Shown here in pieces: positions 19,044 to 29,900 of a DNA stretch of 64,000 nucleotides. Within the stretch, counting starts at the first letter, position 1. Each line of letters begins with the position of its first letter. Below the pieces are notes generated by a model, which was not told the DNA's origin, did no database searches, and was given only the letters and a program-made list of their open reading frames with translations. This stretch comes from an uncultured Chloroflexia bacterium (GTDB lineage: Bacteria > Chloroflexota > Limnocylindria > Limnocylindrales > CSP1-4): positions 32,001 to 96,000 of the forward strand of contig CAVVNQ010000011.1 in the NCBI GenBank assembly GCA_963749705.1. Direction: 5' to 3'. Both the position numbers and the translations under genes were made by a program.

Positions 19044-19803
19044 ATGGGCTTCGACGTCCCCGCCCAGGCCTACGAGCAGTACATGGGCGCCTGGTCGCGC
19101 CCGCTGTCGAGCCGCTTCGTGGAGGCGGCGGGTGTCGGCCGCGGCCAGCGCGTGCTGGACGTCGGGTGCGGGACGGGCGCGCTGACCGCCGCGCTCGTCG
19201 AGCGGCTGGGTGCGGGATCCGTGGCCGCCGTGGACCCGTCCGAGTCGTTCATCGCCGCCGTCCGCGACCGGCACCCGGGCGTCGACGTGCGCCTGGCTCG
19301 GGCCGAATCCATGCCGTTCGCCGACGCCACCTTCGATGCCTCGCTGGCCCAGCTGGTCGTCCACTTCATGGCCGACCCGATGATCGGCCTCCGGGAGATC
19401 GCCCGCGTCACCCGGACCGGCGGCACCGTGGCCGCCTGTGTGTGGGACTTCGAGGGTGGGCGTGGCCCGCTGGGACCATTCTGGGACGCCGCTCGGGCGC
19501 TCGACCCGGATGTCGAGGACGAATCACACCTCCCGGGCGCCCGCCGGGGGCACCTCGTCGAGCTGCTCGTCGCGGCCGGTCTCGCCGACGTCGTGGAATC
19601 CGCGCTGGAGGTCAACCGGTCGTTCACGAGCTTCGACGGTCTGGTGGGAGCCGTTCACGCGTGGTGTCGGGCCGGGCGGCGCGTATGTCGCCTCCCTCGC
19701 CCCGTCGAGGCAGGACGAGTTGCGTGACCGGTGCCGGTCGGAGCTGCCGTCCGGTCCGTTCGTGCTCTCGGCGCGCGCCTGGGCCGCCCGCGGCACCGTG
19801 TAG
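19044..19803 (+). pseudogene. Class I SAM-dependent methyltransferase, frameshifted near 19640
   Basis: VLDVGCGTG in frame 1; C-terminus WWEPFTRGVGPGGAY...ARAWAARG in another frame; one extra base at ttc gac ggt c tgg tgg. May be an assembly error. Confidence 0.8.
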
Positions 19804-19952
19804 CGCAGCCGGGCTCGTTCGAGTCAGGCGCATCGACCCATTTCGAACGGTACATGCGTACTTGCGCAACCACGCAATGTCCAGCTACCCTCAGCCGGCA
19901 AGCCGCCCGCCTGCCAGGCCGCGCGTGTCTGCTGCCGACGAGGATCAACACC

Positions 19953-20351
19953 GTGGAGATGACCATCGACTTTCCCGGAGGCGCCCGGGTCGACGCGCAC
20001 TTCGGCGGCTTCGTGGTGCCGACCGACCAGCCACCCATGGGTGGTGGTGACGGCTCGGCGCCGACCCCGTTCGCGACGTTCCTGTCGACGATCGGGACGT
20101 GTGCCGGGATCTACGTGCTCGGCTTCTGCCGTCAGCGCGGCATCTCGGCCGAAGGCATCCGGCTCGTCCAGCGGATGCAGGTCGATCCAGCGACGCGCCT
20201 GGTGAGCGACGTGCAGGTGACGATCGAGCTGCCCGCCGGATTCCCGGAGAAGTACGCGGACGCGGTCGTCCGGTCCGCCGAGCAATGCGCGGTCAAGAAG
20301 CACTTCGAGCGCCCGCCGGTGATCCGCGTCGACAGCGTGATCGCCGCCTGA
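19953..20351 (+). CDS. OsmC/Ohr-family protein
   Basis: TDQPPMGGGDGSAPTPF, TCAG and QCAV cysteines. Confidence 0.88.
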   Translation: MEMTIDFPGGARVDAHFGGFVVPTDQPPMGGGDGSAPTPFATFLSTIGTCAGIYVLGFCRQRGISAEGIRLVQRMQVDPATRLVSDVQVTIELPAGFPEKYADAVVRSAEQCAVKKHFERPPVIRVDSVIAA

Positions 20352-20406
20352 CGTCCGGCTGCCGGCGCGGTGCGCACGGGACGCCCTTTCCGCGCCGCGA
20401 CGCCGC

Positions 20407-21597
20407 TCAGATCCAGCCGCGCCTGCGGAACCACAGGAGCATCCCGCTCGCCAGCACCACGCAGGCCACCCAGAACAGCGGGTAGGCGATCGGCGAGCGG
20501 TTCTCCGGGATGGGCATGTTCATGCCGTAGACGCCCGCGAGGAAGGTGAGCGGGATGAAGATGGTGCCGATGATGGTGAGCACCTTGACCACGTCGTTGG
20601 TCCGATTGGAGACGACGGACACGTAGGTCTCGGCAAGCCCGCTCGCGATCTCGCGGTAGGACTCGACGAGGTCGATGATCTGGGCGCAATGGTCCTGGAC
20701 GTCGCGCAGGTACGTCTGCGCCGTCTCGGACAGACCTTCGTGCTTGTCGCGCTGGAGCTGCGCGATCATGTCGCGCATGGGCCATGCGGCGCGACGCACG
20801 AGGAGCAGCTCGCGCTTGATCCGGTGGATCTCCTCGAGCGTGCGATGGGTCGGGTTCTCGAGGACCTCCTCCTCGAGGTCCGTCAGCCGCTCCGAATACC
20901 CCTCGAGGACCGGGTAGTAGCGATCGACGATGCCGTCCAGGAGCGCGTACAGCAGGAAGCTCGCGTCGTTGGCCCGCAGCCGTGAGCCGGCGGTCCGGAT
21001 CCGCTGCCGGACCGCTTCCAGATCGTCGCGCCGGACGTCCTGGAAGGTGAGCAGCGTCGTGCGCCCCAGGAACAGGCTCACCTGGTCGCTCTGGAGATGC
21101 CCATCGCGCTGGTCGAGGGCTCGAGCGATGACGAACAGGCGTCCCGGCGTCCCCTCCGACTCCGGGTAGTCCTCTGCCTTGGCGCGCTCCAGCGGCTGGA
21201 GCATGTCCTCGATCGCCAGCGGGTGGATCTGGTACTTCTCGGCGAGCGCGCGCACGACCCCGAGATCCGACAACCCGTCGACGTTGACCCAGCGCACGTG
21301 CGACCACGCAGGGCGATGATCGGTCAGGAACGTCGGCATGTCGTCGATCTCGCGGACGTCGACCTGGTCGACGGCGTAGTCGCAGCAGGTGACCTTCGAC
21401 GGGGCCGAGGGGCTCGCCTCGATCGCCATCGCCGCCAGCTCCTCGACCTCGATCCCTCCGGCCGTCCCGGGTGGCGGCATCACGACCCGGGGCATGGCGA
21501 CGATCCCACGCGCGGCGCGCGCGGCAAGGTCCCGGACGAGGCGCACGGCAAGATCGGGGCCCGGAATGCCTGGACGCGGGGCGCTGGGATCGGTCAT
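20407..21597 (-). CDS. corA: CorA-family Mg2+/Co2+ transporter
   Basis: IHPLAIED, PLTFLAGVYGMN signature, two C-terminal TM helices. Confidence 0.92.
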   Translation of the reverse strand: MTDPSAPRPGIPGPDLAVRLVRDLAARAARGIVAMPRVVMPPPGTAGGIEVEELAAMAIEASPSAPSKVTCCDYAVDQVDVREIDDMPTFLTDHRPAWSHVRWVNVDGLSDLGVVRALAEKYQIHPLAIEDMLQPLERAKAEDYPESEGTPGRLFVIARALDQRDGHLQSDQVSLFLGRTTLLTFQDVRRDDLEAVRQRIRTAGSRLRANDASFLLYALLDGIVDRYYPVLEGYSERLTDLEEEVLENPTHRTLEEIHRIKRELLLVRRAAWPMRDMIAQLQRDKHEGLSETAQTYLRDVQDHCAQIIDLVESYREIASGLAETYVSVVSNRTNDVVKVLTIIGTIFIPLTFLAGVYGMNMPIPENRSPIAYPLFWVACVVLASGMLLWFRRRGWI

Positions 21598-21659
21598 CGG
21601 AAGGCCCTGGAACGTCGGAGGATGACGTCTACGCTGACCGTTCGCACTCTACCAGCGCC

Positions 21660-21910
21660 AAGAGGTTCGACCCGTCCCTGTCGATCATCGCCGAGGCCGA
21701 TGGCGAACCTGTCGGCGTCCTGCACGGATCCGAGCACGAGGAACGCGGGATCACGGGCGTCGATCGCCGCGCTCCGCCGGTGCTGCCTGTCGCGGGTGCG
21801 CCGCAACGTCGAATCGGAAGCCCGATCGTCGCCGCCTCCCTGGACCAACGGCTGGGGATGCGCTCCGTGAGCTCGTACGACCTGTGGAGCCTGCCGATCG
21901 AGGGCCGAAC
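21660..21910 (+). pseudogene. Possible degenerate GNAT acetyltransferase remnant
   Basis: Translation RFDPSLSIIAEADGEPVG...LDQRLGMRSVSSYDLWSL resembles the two ends of a GNAT domain; no start, middle decayed. Confidence 0.3.
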
Positions 21911-21914
21911 GCCC

Positions 21915-24164
21915 TCAGCGTCGTCCGGCGACGGGTCCCGCTGACAGCGCGTCCGGGAAGTTCATTCCGGTCGCGATGAACGCGACCGGCACCCCGGGAT
22001 CGAACGCGGCGGCGCTGATCACCGCGCTCGTGCCGTACCGATCGGAGCCCGCCAGCCGCGTCACGGGTGCGTACGTCGAGAGCCGCGACGCGACCGCATC
22101 CGACACCACCCCGGCGCCCCCGAGGATGAAGACCCGGCCCGGTCTGAGCCGGGCGATCTCGGTGGCGACGACGTCCGGGAGCGCGTCCCTCGCCGCGAGC
22201 AGGATCGGACCGCCAAGCGCGGTCGGGCCGGCCGACAGCGCGTCGGGGAAGTCGCGGCCCGTCGCGATGTACACGGCGTCGACGCCGGGCGAGAAGGCCG
22301 ACGCGCTGATCCTGGCGCTGGTCGCGTACCGGTCCGGTCCGGCGATGCGGGTGACCGGCGCATAGGTGGCAAGCGAGGCCTCGACCCCGGCCGACACGAC
22401 CGACGGGCCACCCAGGACCACGATCCGAGTGGGCGCGAGTCGCCGCAGCTCCGTTGCGATGACGGCGGGAACGGCATTCTGCCGGACGAGCAGGATCGGC
22501 CCGCCGGCGGCCGACGCCGCCGGACCGGCGGAGAGCGCATCCGGGAAGTCGCCGCCCGTGGCGATGAACACGACGGGAACGCCGGGCGCGAAGGTGGCAG
22601 CGCTGATCGCCGCGCTCGTCGCGTAGCGGTCGGAACCTGCGATCCGGGACGCGGGCGCAAACGCGGCGAGCTGGGCGCGAACCGCGTCCGACACCACGCC
22701 GGAGCCACCCAGGATCACGATCCTCCCCGGTTGCAGCCGCGCGAGCTCGGCCGCGACCGCAGTCGGGATGGCATTCCCGCCAACGAGCAGGATCGGTCCA
22801 TCCTCAGCGTCCGGTGTCGGGGTGGGCGTCGGCGTCGGGGTCGGCGTGGGCGCAGGACTCGGTGTGGGCGTGGGCGTCGGGGGCGGCGTTGGCGCAGGAC
22901 TCGGGGTGGGCGTCGGGGTCGGGGGCGGCGTGGGCGCAGGTTTCGGCGTCGGCGTGGGCGCCGGGGCGAATGTCGCTGCAACCGCCGCCGCGGCATCCAC
23001 GCGGCCCCAGCCGAAGCTGTCGTCGCGACCGGCGGCGCCGAGATCCACCGCCGTGGTGAGCAGCGCGGCATCGACCTGGTCGACCGTCTCATCCGGGTGC
23101 GCCGAGCGAACCAGCGCCGCCACCGCCGCGACGTGCGGCGTCGACATGCTCGTCCCGCTCATCCGGCCGTAGCCACCCGAGCTGAGCGTCGACAGGATCG
23201 ATACGCCGGGGGCCGCGATGTCCACGTACTGGTTGTGGACGCTGAACGACGCCTGTGCATCGCTGTTGTCGGTCGCCGCTACGCACAGCACGTGGTTGAA
23301 CGCACACGGGTAGCCGACGGTGCTGTCCCCCGTGTTGCCCGCGGCCGCCACCAGGGTGATCCCGGCCGCGAAGGCCGCATCGAACGTCGGTTGCAGCATC
23401 GCCGCGGACGAGGAGCTCATCGTTCCCGAGAGGCTCATGCTGATCACCTTCGCTCCGTGCGTCCGGGCATCGTCGATGCCATCGAGCAGCCAGCTGAACC
23501 AGCCCTGGCCGTTCAGGTCGAGGACCTTGACCGGCATCACGGTCACCCCGGGAGCGATCCCGGCGATCCCCTTCCCGTTGTCGGTGGCGGCGGCGATCTC
23601 CCCGATGACGTGCGTGCCATGGCCGTTGTCGTCGGCGGCATCCGAGGTTCCGTCGATCTCGTTCCACGGGCTCGTGACGTGGACAGCGGCGAGATCCTGG
23701 TGCGCCGCGTACATCCCGGTGTCGAGCACCGCCACGGTGACGCCCGCCCCGGTCGTCGTGGTCCAGGCCTCGGGCACGCCCATCAGCCGGAGATCCGCCT
23801 GGGACGGGCTGTAGTAGGGATCGTTGGGCGCTGCGTCCGCCGGCCATCCGGTGCCGGCAATCTCGACGTCGGGCACCACGGCCTCGACTCGTGGGTCAGA
23901 TCGCAGCCGCGCCGCCACCGTCGCAGACGCCGCGGGCGTCGTATCCACGACCGTCCGCCGGGGGTTCGCCGACCGATGGGTCTGCCCGGCCCCGGCGATC
24001 GCAGGGCCCGCGGGCGCGTCCGTCTTCCACAGCACGATGAGGCGGTGGGCGCCGGCCGCATCGGCTGCCACGGCGTGCGTGATCGGTCCGACGGACATCG
24101 AGAACGCGCTCACGACGAGCGCGACGACGAGCGTTGCGCCTGAGCGCGCGCGGACCGACTGCAA
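21915..24164 (-). CDS. Secreted S8 subtilase with Pro/Thr linker and cell-wall-binding-2 (CWB2) repeats
   Basis: Triad VAVLDTG / NGHGTHV / SGTSMS; GxDRY, DALS and PILL motifs each x3; start uncertain (TTG 24164 has GAGG upstream). Confidence 0.9.
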   Translation of the reverse strand: MQSVRARSGATLVVALVVSAFSMSVGPITHAVAADAAGAHRLIVLWKTDAPAGPAIAGAGQTHRSANPRRTVVDTTPAASATVAARLRSDPRVEAVVPDVEIAGTGWPADAAPNDPYYSPSQADLRLMGVPEAWTTTTGAGVTVAVLDTGMYAAHQDLAAVHVTSPWNEIDGTSDAADDNGHGTHVIGEIAAATDNGKGIAGIAPGVTVMPVKVLDLNGQGWFSWLLDGIDDARTHGAKVISMSLSGTMSSSSAAMLQPTFDAAFAAGITLVAAAGNTGDSTVGYPCAFNHVLCVAATDNSDAQASFSVHNQYVDIAAPGVSILSTLSSGGYGRMSGTSMSTPHVAAVAALVRSAHPDETVDQVDAALLTTAVDLGAAGRDDSFGWGRVDAAAAVAATFAPAPTPTPKPAPTPPPTPTPTPSPAPTPPPTPTPTPSPAPTPTPTPTPTPTPDAEDGPILLVGGNAIPTAVAAELARLQPGRIVILGGSGVVSDAVRAQLAAFAPASRIAGSDRYATSAAISAATFAPGVPVVFIATGGDFPDALSAGPAASAAGGPILLVRQNAVPAVIATELRRLAPTRIVVLGGPSVVSAGVEASLATYAPVTRIAGPDRYATSARISASAFSPGVDAVYIATGRDFPDALSAGPTALGGPILLAARDALPDVVATEIARLRPGRVFILGGAGVVSDAVASRLSTYAPVTRLAGSDRYGTSAVISAAAFDPGVPVAFIATGMNFPDALSAGPVAGRR
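22813..22965 (-). repeat. Low-complexity Pro-Thr linker repeat
   Basis: Repeated PTPTPTPSPAPTP coding units. Confidence 0.85.
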
Positions 24165-24328
24165 TCTGGCCTCGATGTCCCCGTCGTTCGTTCGGCGGCA
24201 TTGAACCGGTGCCGCCCTCCCGGACATCGGGCGCCGCGGTCCGATGCCACGGTCCCACGACGGGTGCTCGGAGGCGGGGGCTCGATGGTCCCTTCGCCCG
24301 ACGTGTTGGTACTCCCGCGACACCACCG

Positions 24329-24356
24329 TGTCCGTCCGGTCGTGCGCCGTTCGTTG
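24329..24356 (+). promoter_or_regulatory. Candidate ECF42-type promoter upstream of DGPF gene
   Basis: TGTCCG-N17-CGTTG resembles the TGTCG...CG(A/T)C motif known for ECF42-controlled DGPF genes. Confidence 0.35.
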
Positions 24357-24400
24357 TGAGGTGAGAGGCTGGACTGGCCAGCCGTCACGAGGAGCACCAC

Positions 24401-24763
24401 ATGCCGCGCTACATGCTGTCCATCCACACGGTCGATGACGAGCCCGGACCGCCGATGAGCGACGAACAGATGCAGCACTCCTGGCGGGACATCCAGGCCA
24501 TCGAGGCCGACATGCAGTCGAGCGGTACCTGGGTGTTCTCCGGTCGCCTCCACGCTGCGGAGACGGCCACGGTCGTGCGCGAGTCCGGCGGCGAGCTCCT
24601 GACGACGGACGGCCCGTTCGTCGAGTCCAAGGAGCACCTGGGCGGGTTCTACATCATCGAATCCGCAGATCTCGACGCGGCGCTCGGCTGGGCCGCACGC
24701 GTCATGCGCGCAACCTCGAGGCCGATCGAGGTCTGGCCGTTCGCGGACACGGCGGGCGGCTGA
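24401..24763 (+). CDS. YciI-family (DGPF) protein
   Basis: TTDGPFVESKEHLGGFYII; GAGGAG RBS. Confidence 0.92.
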   Translation: MPRYMLSIHTVDDEPGPPMSDEQMQHSWRDIQAIEADMQSSGTWVFSGRLHAAETATVVRESGGELLTTDGPFVESKEHLGGFYIIESADLDAALGWAARVMRATSRPIEVWPFADTAGG

Positions 24764-24945
24764 CCGCTTGCCACGGCGGGCGGCCGACCGCCGGGCGTCG
24801 TCGTGGACGGGCTGGTGAGCGGGCGCCTCCGGAAGGTGTCTGAACCGGCGCAGGGCGCGGCTCCCGGGCGGCCGGCATCGACGCATCTCGCCGGCTGACG
24901 ATCGGCGGCTCGCGGAAGTCGGCCGATCGTGCGATGATCATACGA

Positions 24946-25089
24946 GGCGCAGCCGGGCAGAGGACGCGTAAGGAAGCGTTGCCGGGCGGCACGGAACGGA
25001 TGCCCGCGATATCGCGGGCCGGCCGGTTGACCGCCACTGGCGCCCGATCACACGACGTGTGACCCATCTACAAGCGCCCGCCCTGCGCC
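24946..25089 (+). ncRNA. Candidate structured cis-regulatory leader upstream of DEAD-box helicase
   Basis: Closing stem GGCGCAG/CTGCGCC plus CGGGC/GCCCG; inner stems GGCGG/CCGCC, palindrome GCCCGCGATATCGCGGGC, TCACAC-GAC-GTGTGA. Confidence 0.55.
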
Positions 25090-25173
25090 GAGCCGCGAGA
25101 CCCGCCACGTCCCGCACCGCTCCACCGGGCATGCGAACCATCCATGGCGCCGCGGCGCCACCCGGGAGTCACC

Positions 25174-26334
25174 TTGACCTTCACCAACCTCGGCCTGTCG
25201 GCCAACCTCCTCGCCACCGTCGCGCGGGAGGGATACACCGAAGCCACCCCTGTCCAGGCGCAGGCCATCCCCCTCGTCCTCGCCGGCCGCGACGTGCTCG
25301 CAGCCGCCCAGACGGGCACCGGCAAGACGGCGGCCTTCACGCTGCCGATCCTCGAGCGCCTTGCAAAGCACGCGAGCTCCAGCCCCAGCCCCGCCCGCCA
25401 CCCGGTGCGGGCGCTCGTCCTCACCCCGACCCGCGAGCTCGCGATGCAGATCGACGAGAGCGTGCGGACGCTGGGCAAGGGCACCAACCTGCGGTCGACC
25501 GTCGTCTACGGCGGCGTCCAGCAGGGTCCCCAGGTCAAGGCCCTGTGGGCCGGCGTCGAGATCCTGGTCGCGACGCCGGGACGGCTGTTCGACCTGATCG
25601 GCCAGAAGGCCGTCAACCTCACCCAGGTCGAGGTGCTCGTCCTCGACGAAGCCGACCGGATGCTCGACATGGGCTTCATCGACGACGTCCGAAAGGCCGT
25701 CGCCCTGCTGCCGCGCGCGCGCCAGACGCTGCTGTTCTCGGCGACGTTCTCGGACGCGATCCGCAAGCTCGCCCGCGAGTTCCAGACGAACCCGGAGATC
25801 GTGCAGGTTGCCCCGCGCAACGCCACCGCCGACAACCTGACCCAGGTCCTCTACCCCGTCGATGCCGAGCGCAAGGCGGACCTGCTGCTCCACCTGGTGC
25901 GCCGGGACGGGATCGAGCAGGTGCTCGTGTTCACGCGCACCAAGATCGGTGCCACCCGCCTGGCGTCGTATCTCGACCGCCGGGGCGTTGCCGCGATCGC
26001 CATCCACTCGGATCGGACCCAGGGCGAGCGGACCCGTGCCCTTGCGGCGTTCAAGGCCGGTGAGGTGGTCGCGCTCGTCGCGACCGACGTGGCCTCGCGC
26101 GGGCTCGACATCGACACCCTCCCGCACGTCGTCAACTTCGACCTGCCGTTCGAGCCGCAGGACTACATCCACCGCATCGGCCGCACGGGCCGGGCAGGCG
26201 CCTCGGGCACCGCGATCTCGCTGGTGTCCCCGGGCGAGGTCGACGCGCTGCGCGGCATCCAGCGCCTGCTCAAGCGGGCCATCCCGTGCGAGGTCGTCGA
26301 GGCGTTCCTGCCGGCCGGAGCGTCCGCCGCGTAG
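25174..26334 (+). CDS. rhlE: DEAD-box RNA helicase, RhlE-like
   Basis: AQTGTGKT, PTRELA, TPGR, DEAD, SAT, HRIGRTGRAG; TTG start with GGAG upstream. Confidence 0.9.
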   Translation: MTFTNLGLSANLLATVAREGYTEATPVQAQAIPLVLAGRDVLAAAQTGTGKTAAFTLPILERLAKHASSSPSPARHPVRALVLTPTRELAMQIDESVRTLGKGTNLRSTVVYGGVQQGPQVKALWAGVEILVATPGRLFDLIGQKAVNLTQVEVLVLDEADRMLDMGFIDDVRKAVALLPRARQTLLFSATFSDAIRKLAREFQTNPEIVQVAPRNATADNLTQVLYPVDAERKADLLLHLVRRDGIEQVLVFTRTKIGATRLASYLDRRGVAAIAIHSDRTQGERTRALAAFKAGEVVALVATDVASRGLDIDTLPHVVNFDLPFEPQDYIHRIGRTGRAGASGTAISLVSPGEVDALRGIQRLLKRAIPCEVVEAFLPAGASAA

Positions 26335-26392
26335 GTTCGCTGCTGCGTGGCCCTGCCGTCCGGCGGCGGCCGGGCATACCGGCACCGGCTCG

Positions 26393-26936
26393 TCAGCCCG
26401 GGGCGCCGCCGAGCGACTTGACCATCACCTGGATCTCGAGATCCGCCCCCTGGCGAAGCGGATGCCGCCCGCCGGTGTCCACGTAGCCGAGACGTTCGTA
26501 CAGCGCGATCGCCCGCGTGTTGGTCGTCGTGACGCCAAGCCCGATCTGCGAATAGCCGGCCCCGCGCGCCCAGTCCTCGACCAGCGCGACGATCTCCGCC
26601 GAGACCCCAGAGCCGCGCAATGGCTGGATCGACCCACATCGCGTACAGGCCCGCCGCGCCATCGCCGTCCGGCGCCGGGCCCCCGGACGCCAGCCCCACC
26701 AGGCGACCCGCGAGCTCCGCGACGACGATGCCGCGATCCGCTCGCGACGCCCAATCCCTCCACGCATCGTCGTCTCGCGCCACCTCCTCGGCAAGCGTGG
26801 AGCCGAACGCATCCGGAGCATCGGCCAGCGCCCGCAGCCGGATGGCGCGCAACGCCGCCCACTCATCGGGCCTCAGGCGTCGGACGATGACCCTGTCGTC
26901 AGCCGACGGAATGCCCCCGGACGTCGCTGCGGTCAT
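26393..26936 (-). pseudogene. GNAT acetyltransferase, frameshifted near 26620
   Basis: LYAMWVDP in one frame continues as LRGSG...NTRAIALYERLGY in another; one extra base. May be an assembly error. Confidence 0.8.
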
Positions 26937-26972
26937 CTACGAAGCCCCAGACGCGATCCACCCCGGGGGCGC

Positions 26973-29900
26973 TCACGCCCCCGCATCAGCCAGGGATGCG
27001 GCGGGCACCCCGGCCTCCATGCGCTGCGCGAAGGACCTCGCAGCCGCAAGCGACACGATGTTGCCCTTGCGCTCGAACCGATCGGCCGCGAGCTCGGCCG
27101 TCGCGGACGCGTCGGACCGCCGGCCGCACAGCCAGTAGACCTCGGCAAGGCTCATCAGGGCGTTCCCCTGTGACTCGATGTCGTCCGACTCGCTGATCAG
27201 CCGCACGCTCTCGGTCGCCAGCGCCACGGCGTCCTCGAGCTCGCCCCGCCTGGCCAGGACCTTGGCCCGAACGTGGCGCCACAGGAACTGTGTCGACACG
27301 TCGTCGAGTGCCGCGCTCTCCTGGCTGAACGTCGTCATGGCCAGCGCTTCGTCGTAGCGACCCTGCCGGTACAGCGCCTCGGACAGCGACGCCGACGTCG
27401 TCGAGATGTACATCCGCTCGCCCATCGCGTTCAACGTCTCGTAGTCCCCGCGGAGCTCGCGCTCGGCGGCCACCGGATCCCCGGCGATCATCTCCACCCA
27501 CCCGGAATCGAGCGACGTGAGGGCGGCCAGGAGCCTGACGCCGAGCTCCTCGAGCGTCGCCCGGCTGCGCCCGTACAGGTCCCGGGCCCGGTCCGCGTGG
27601 CCCCGCATGGCCTCGAGGTGGGCGAGCACTGCCAGGATCAGGGACTCTGACTTCCGGTCACCCTCCGCCTGGACGAGCAGCTGCTCGCAGCGCTCGATCG
27701 CCAGGGGGACGGGCGTCTGTCCCAGCAGCGCGCACATGGCCAGCGAGGACCGCGAGCGGGTCTCGATCAGCCGATCCTCGGCGATGCGGGCGTGCTCGAT
27801 CGCCTTCTCTGCGGCTTCCTCCGCGAACACGTATCGCCCGATCCCGCCGCCGAGCACGGTCATCAGGCGCCAGGCGCGAGCCAGTCCTTCGTGGCTCCCG
27901 GTCGCCTCGAGGGTAGGCAGCAGGCCCCGGACCTTGGAGATGACGTCAGCCTCCCCGTCACCGGACCCAGCCTGGTAGAACTGGAGCTGCATCTGCATGA
28001 TCGCCGCGGTCGTCTCCATCGCGGCGTCCTCCAGGGCGGCTGCACCCGCCTTTGACGCGACGAGCAATTCGTCCGCCGCGGCGAAGTCTCCGACCTCCAT
28101 GAGGGCCTCGCCCGCATCCCGCAACAACCGCGGCCGCGTCGGGTGGTCGTCGGGCACGAGCCCGGCGGCTCGCCGCAGGAGGTTGGCTGCTGCCGGCATG
28201 TCGCCACGCGCCATCGCCCGTCGGCCCGCGGAGGCGAGGCGGCGCGACGCATCGATGCCAACGGCCACGCCGTGCTCGTCCAGCGGCCCGAGCTCGCCCC
28301 GGTACCGGTACGCCTGCTCCAGGTGCCAGCCCAGGATCTCCTCGAACTCAGTGGAACGGCCCGCCTCGGCGTTGACCCGATCCGCCCAGACGGCGAACCG
28401 CTCGTGGAAGATCGCCCGCGATCGCTTGAGCAGCCCCTGGTACGCGGCATCCTTGATGAGGATGTGCTGGAAGCGGTAGCTCGGATCCGTGGCCGAAGCC
28501 GCCTCACCCGCCTTGACGAGCTGCTTGGCGGCAAGCGAGGAGAGGTGGGTCATCAGGTCCGGCGTCACATCGTCCGGTGCGAGCTCCCCCACCGCAGCCG
28601 GCGCGAAGCTCAGACCGATCACCGAGGCCGGCTCGACGACCGAGCGCTCCACGGCCGGCAGCTGGTCGAGGCGAGACGCCAGCAGCGCGTGGATCGTGGG
28701 CGGGATCGAGATGTCGGACAGGTCGACCGTGGGCTGCCAGCGATCATCGGCGAACCGGAGCGATCCGTTGTCGATGAGCATCGACAACAGCTGCTCGACG
28801 AACAGCGGGTTCCCCTCCGCCGCGGCGACGACGCGCGCCCGGACGTCCTCCGCGAGGCCGGCCCGGCCGAGCAGGTTCTCCACGACCTGCCCGGCGTCGG
28901 CGTCGGACAGCGGCGCCAGCACGATCCGAGCCTGGTTGTCCGCCCCGGCCCAGTCCGCGTGGCGCTCGAGCAGCTCGTTGCGGGCGGTGCACAGGAGGAG
29001 CACGGACGCATCCCGGCTCGTCTCGGTCAGGTAGCCGATGAGGTCGAGGAAGGTCGCCTCGGCCCAGTGGATGTCATCGATATGCACCACGACCGGGCCG
29101 TCCTGCGCAAGGAGCTCGAAGAACCTCCGGATGCCCCAGAACAGCTCAGACACCGGGAACGGCGTGTCGACGAGCCCGACGGCCGCCGCAACCCGATCCG
29201 CAACGTCCGAGCTGTCCGGGCCGAGCAACGACGCGAGGCGCGTGCGTGCGCTCTCCGGGGGCTCCTCTTCCCGGATGCCCACGGCCTCGCGCACGACCTC
29301 GACGATCGGCCAGAACGTGATGCCGTCCCCGTAGGGCAGGCAGCGCCCGCGGATCACGCGCGCCCGGCCCTCGACCGAGTCGAGGAACTCCCTGGTGAGC
29401 CGGGTCTTGCCCACCCCTGCATCGCCGACGAGCGTGACCATGCGGGCACCTCGTTCACGCACGGAGCTTGCGAGCATGTCCTCGAGCTGGGCCATCTCTC
29501 GCTCACGACCAACCATCGGCGCGTCCTGGCGGCGAGCCACCGCGTCGCCGCTGCGGACCGCGAGCAGCCGATAGGCCGGGACGGGCTGCGCCTTGCCCTT
29601 GAGCGTGAGCGGCTCGACCGCCTCGACGTCGACCGCGTCGCGTACCAGCTGGTGGGTCAGGTCGCCGATCAGGACCTCGCGGACCGGCGCCGCCTGCTCG
29701 AGACGCGCGGCAACGTTCACGGCGTCGCCCGTGACCAGCCGCTGTCCCAGGCTGGCGTCGCCCGCTACGACCTCGCCGGTGTTGACGCCGATCGCCACGT
29801 CCAGCCGGATGCCACGCTCGGTCGCCAGTCGCTCCGCGAGGTCGGTCAGCCCGACCTTCATGTCGAGCGCTGATCGCACGGCCCGGAGGCCATCGTCCTC

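Noticed and set aside
19630-19650. Programmed frameshifting at the frameshifted genes
   Set aside because: No slippery sequence or stimulatory structure seen, and these families are not known to be recoded.
24946-25089. Lysine riboswitch interpretation of the helicase leader (AGAGG...GCGCCC)
   Set aside because: Lacks the AGUA loop-E and GCCGAA elements, and the downstream gene is unrelated to lysine.
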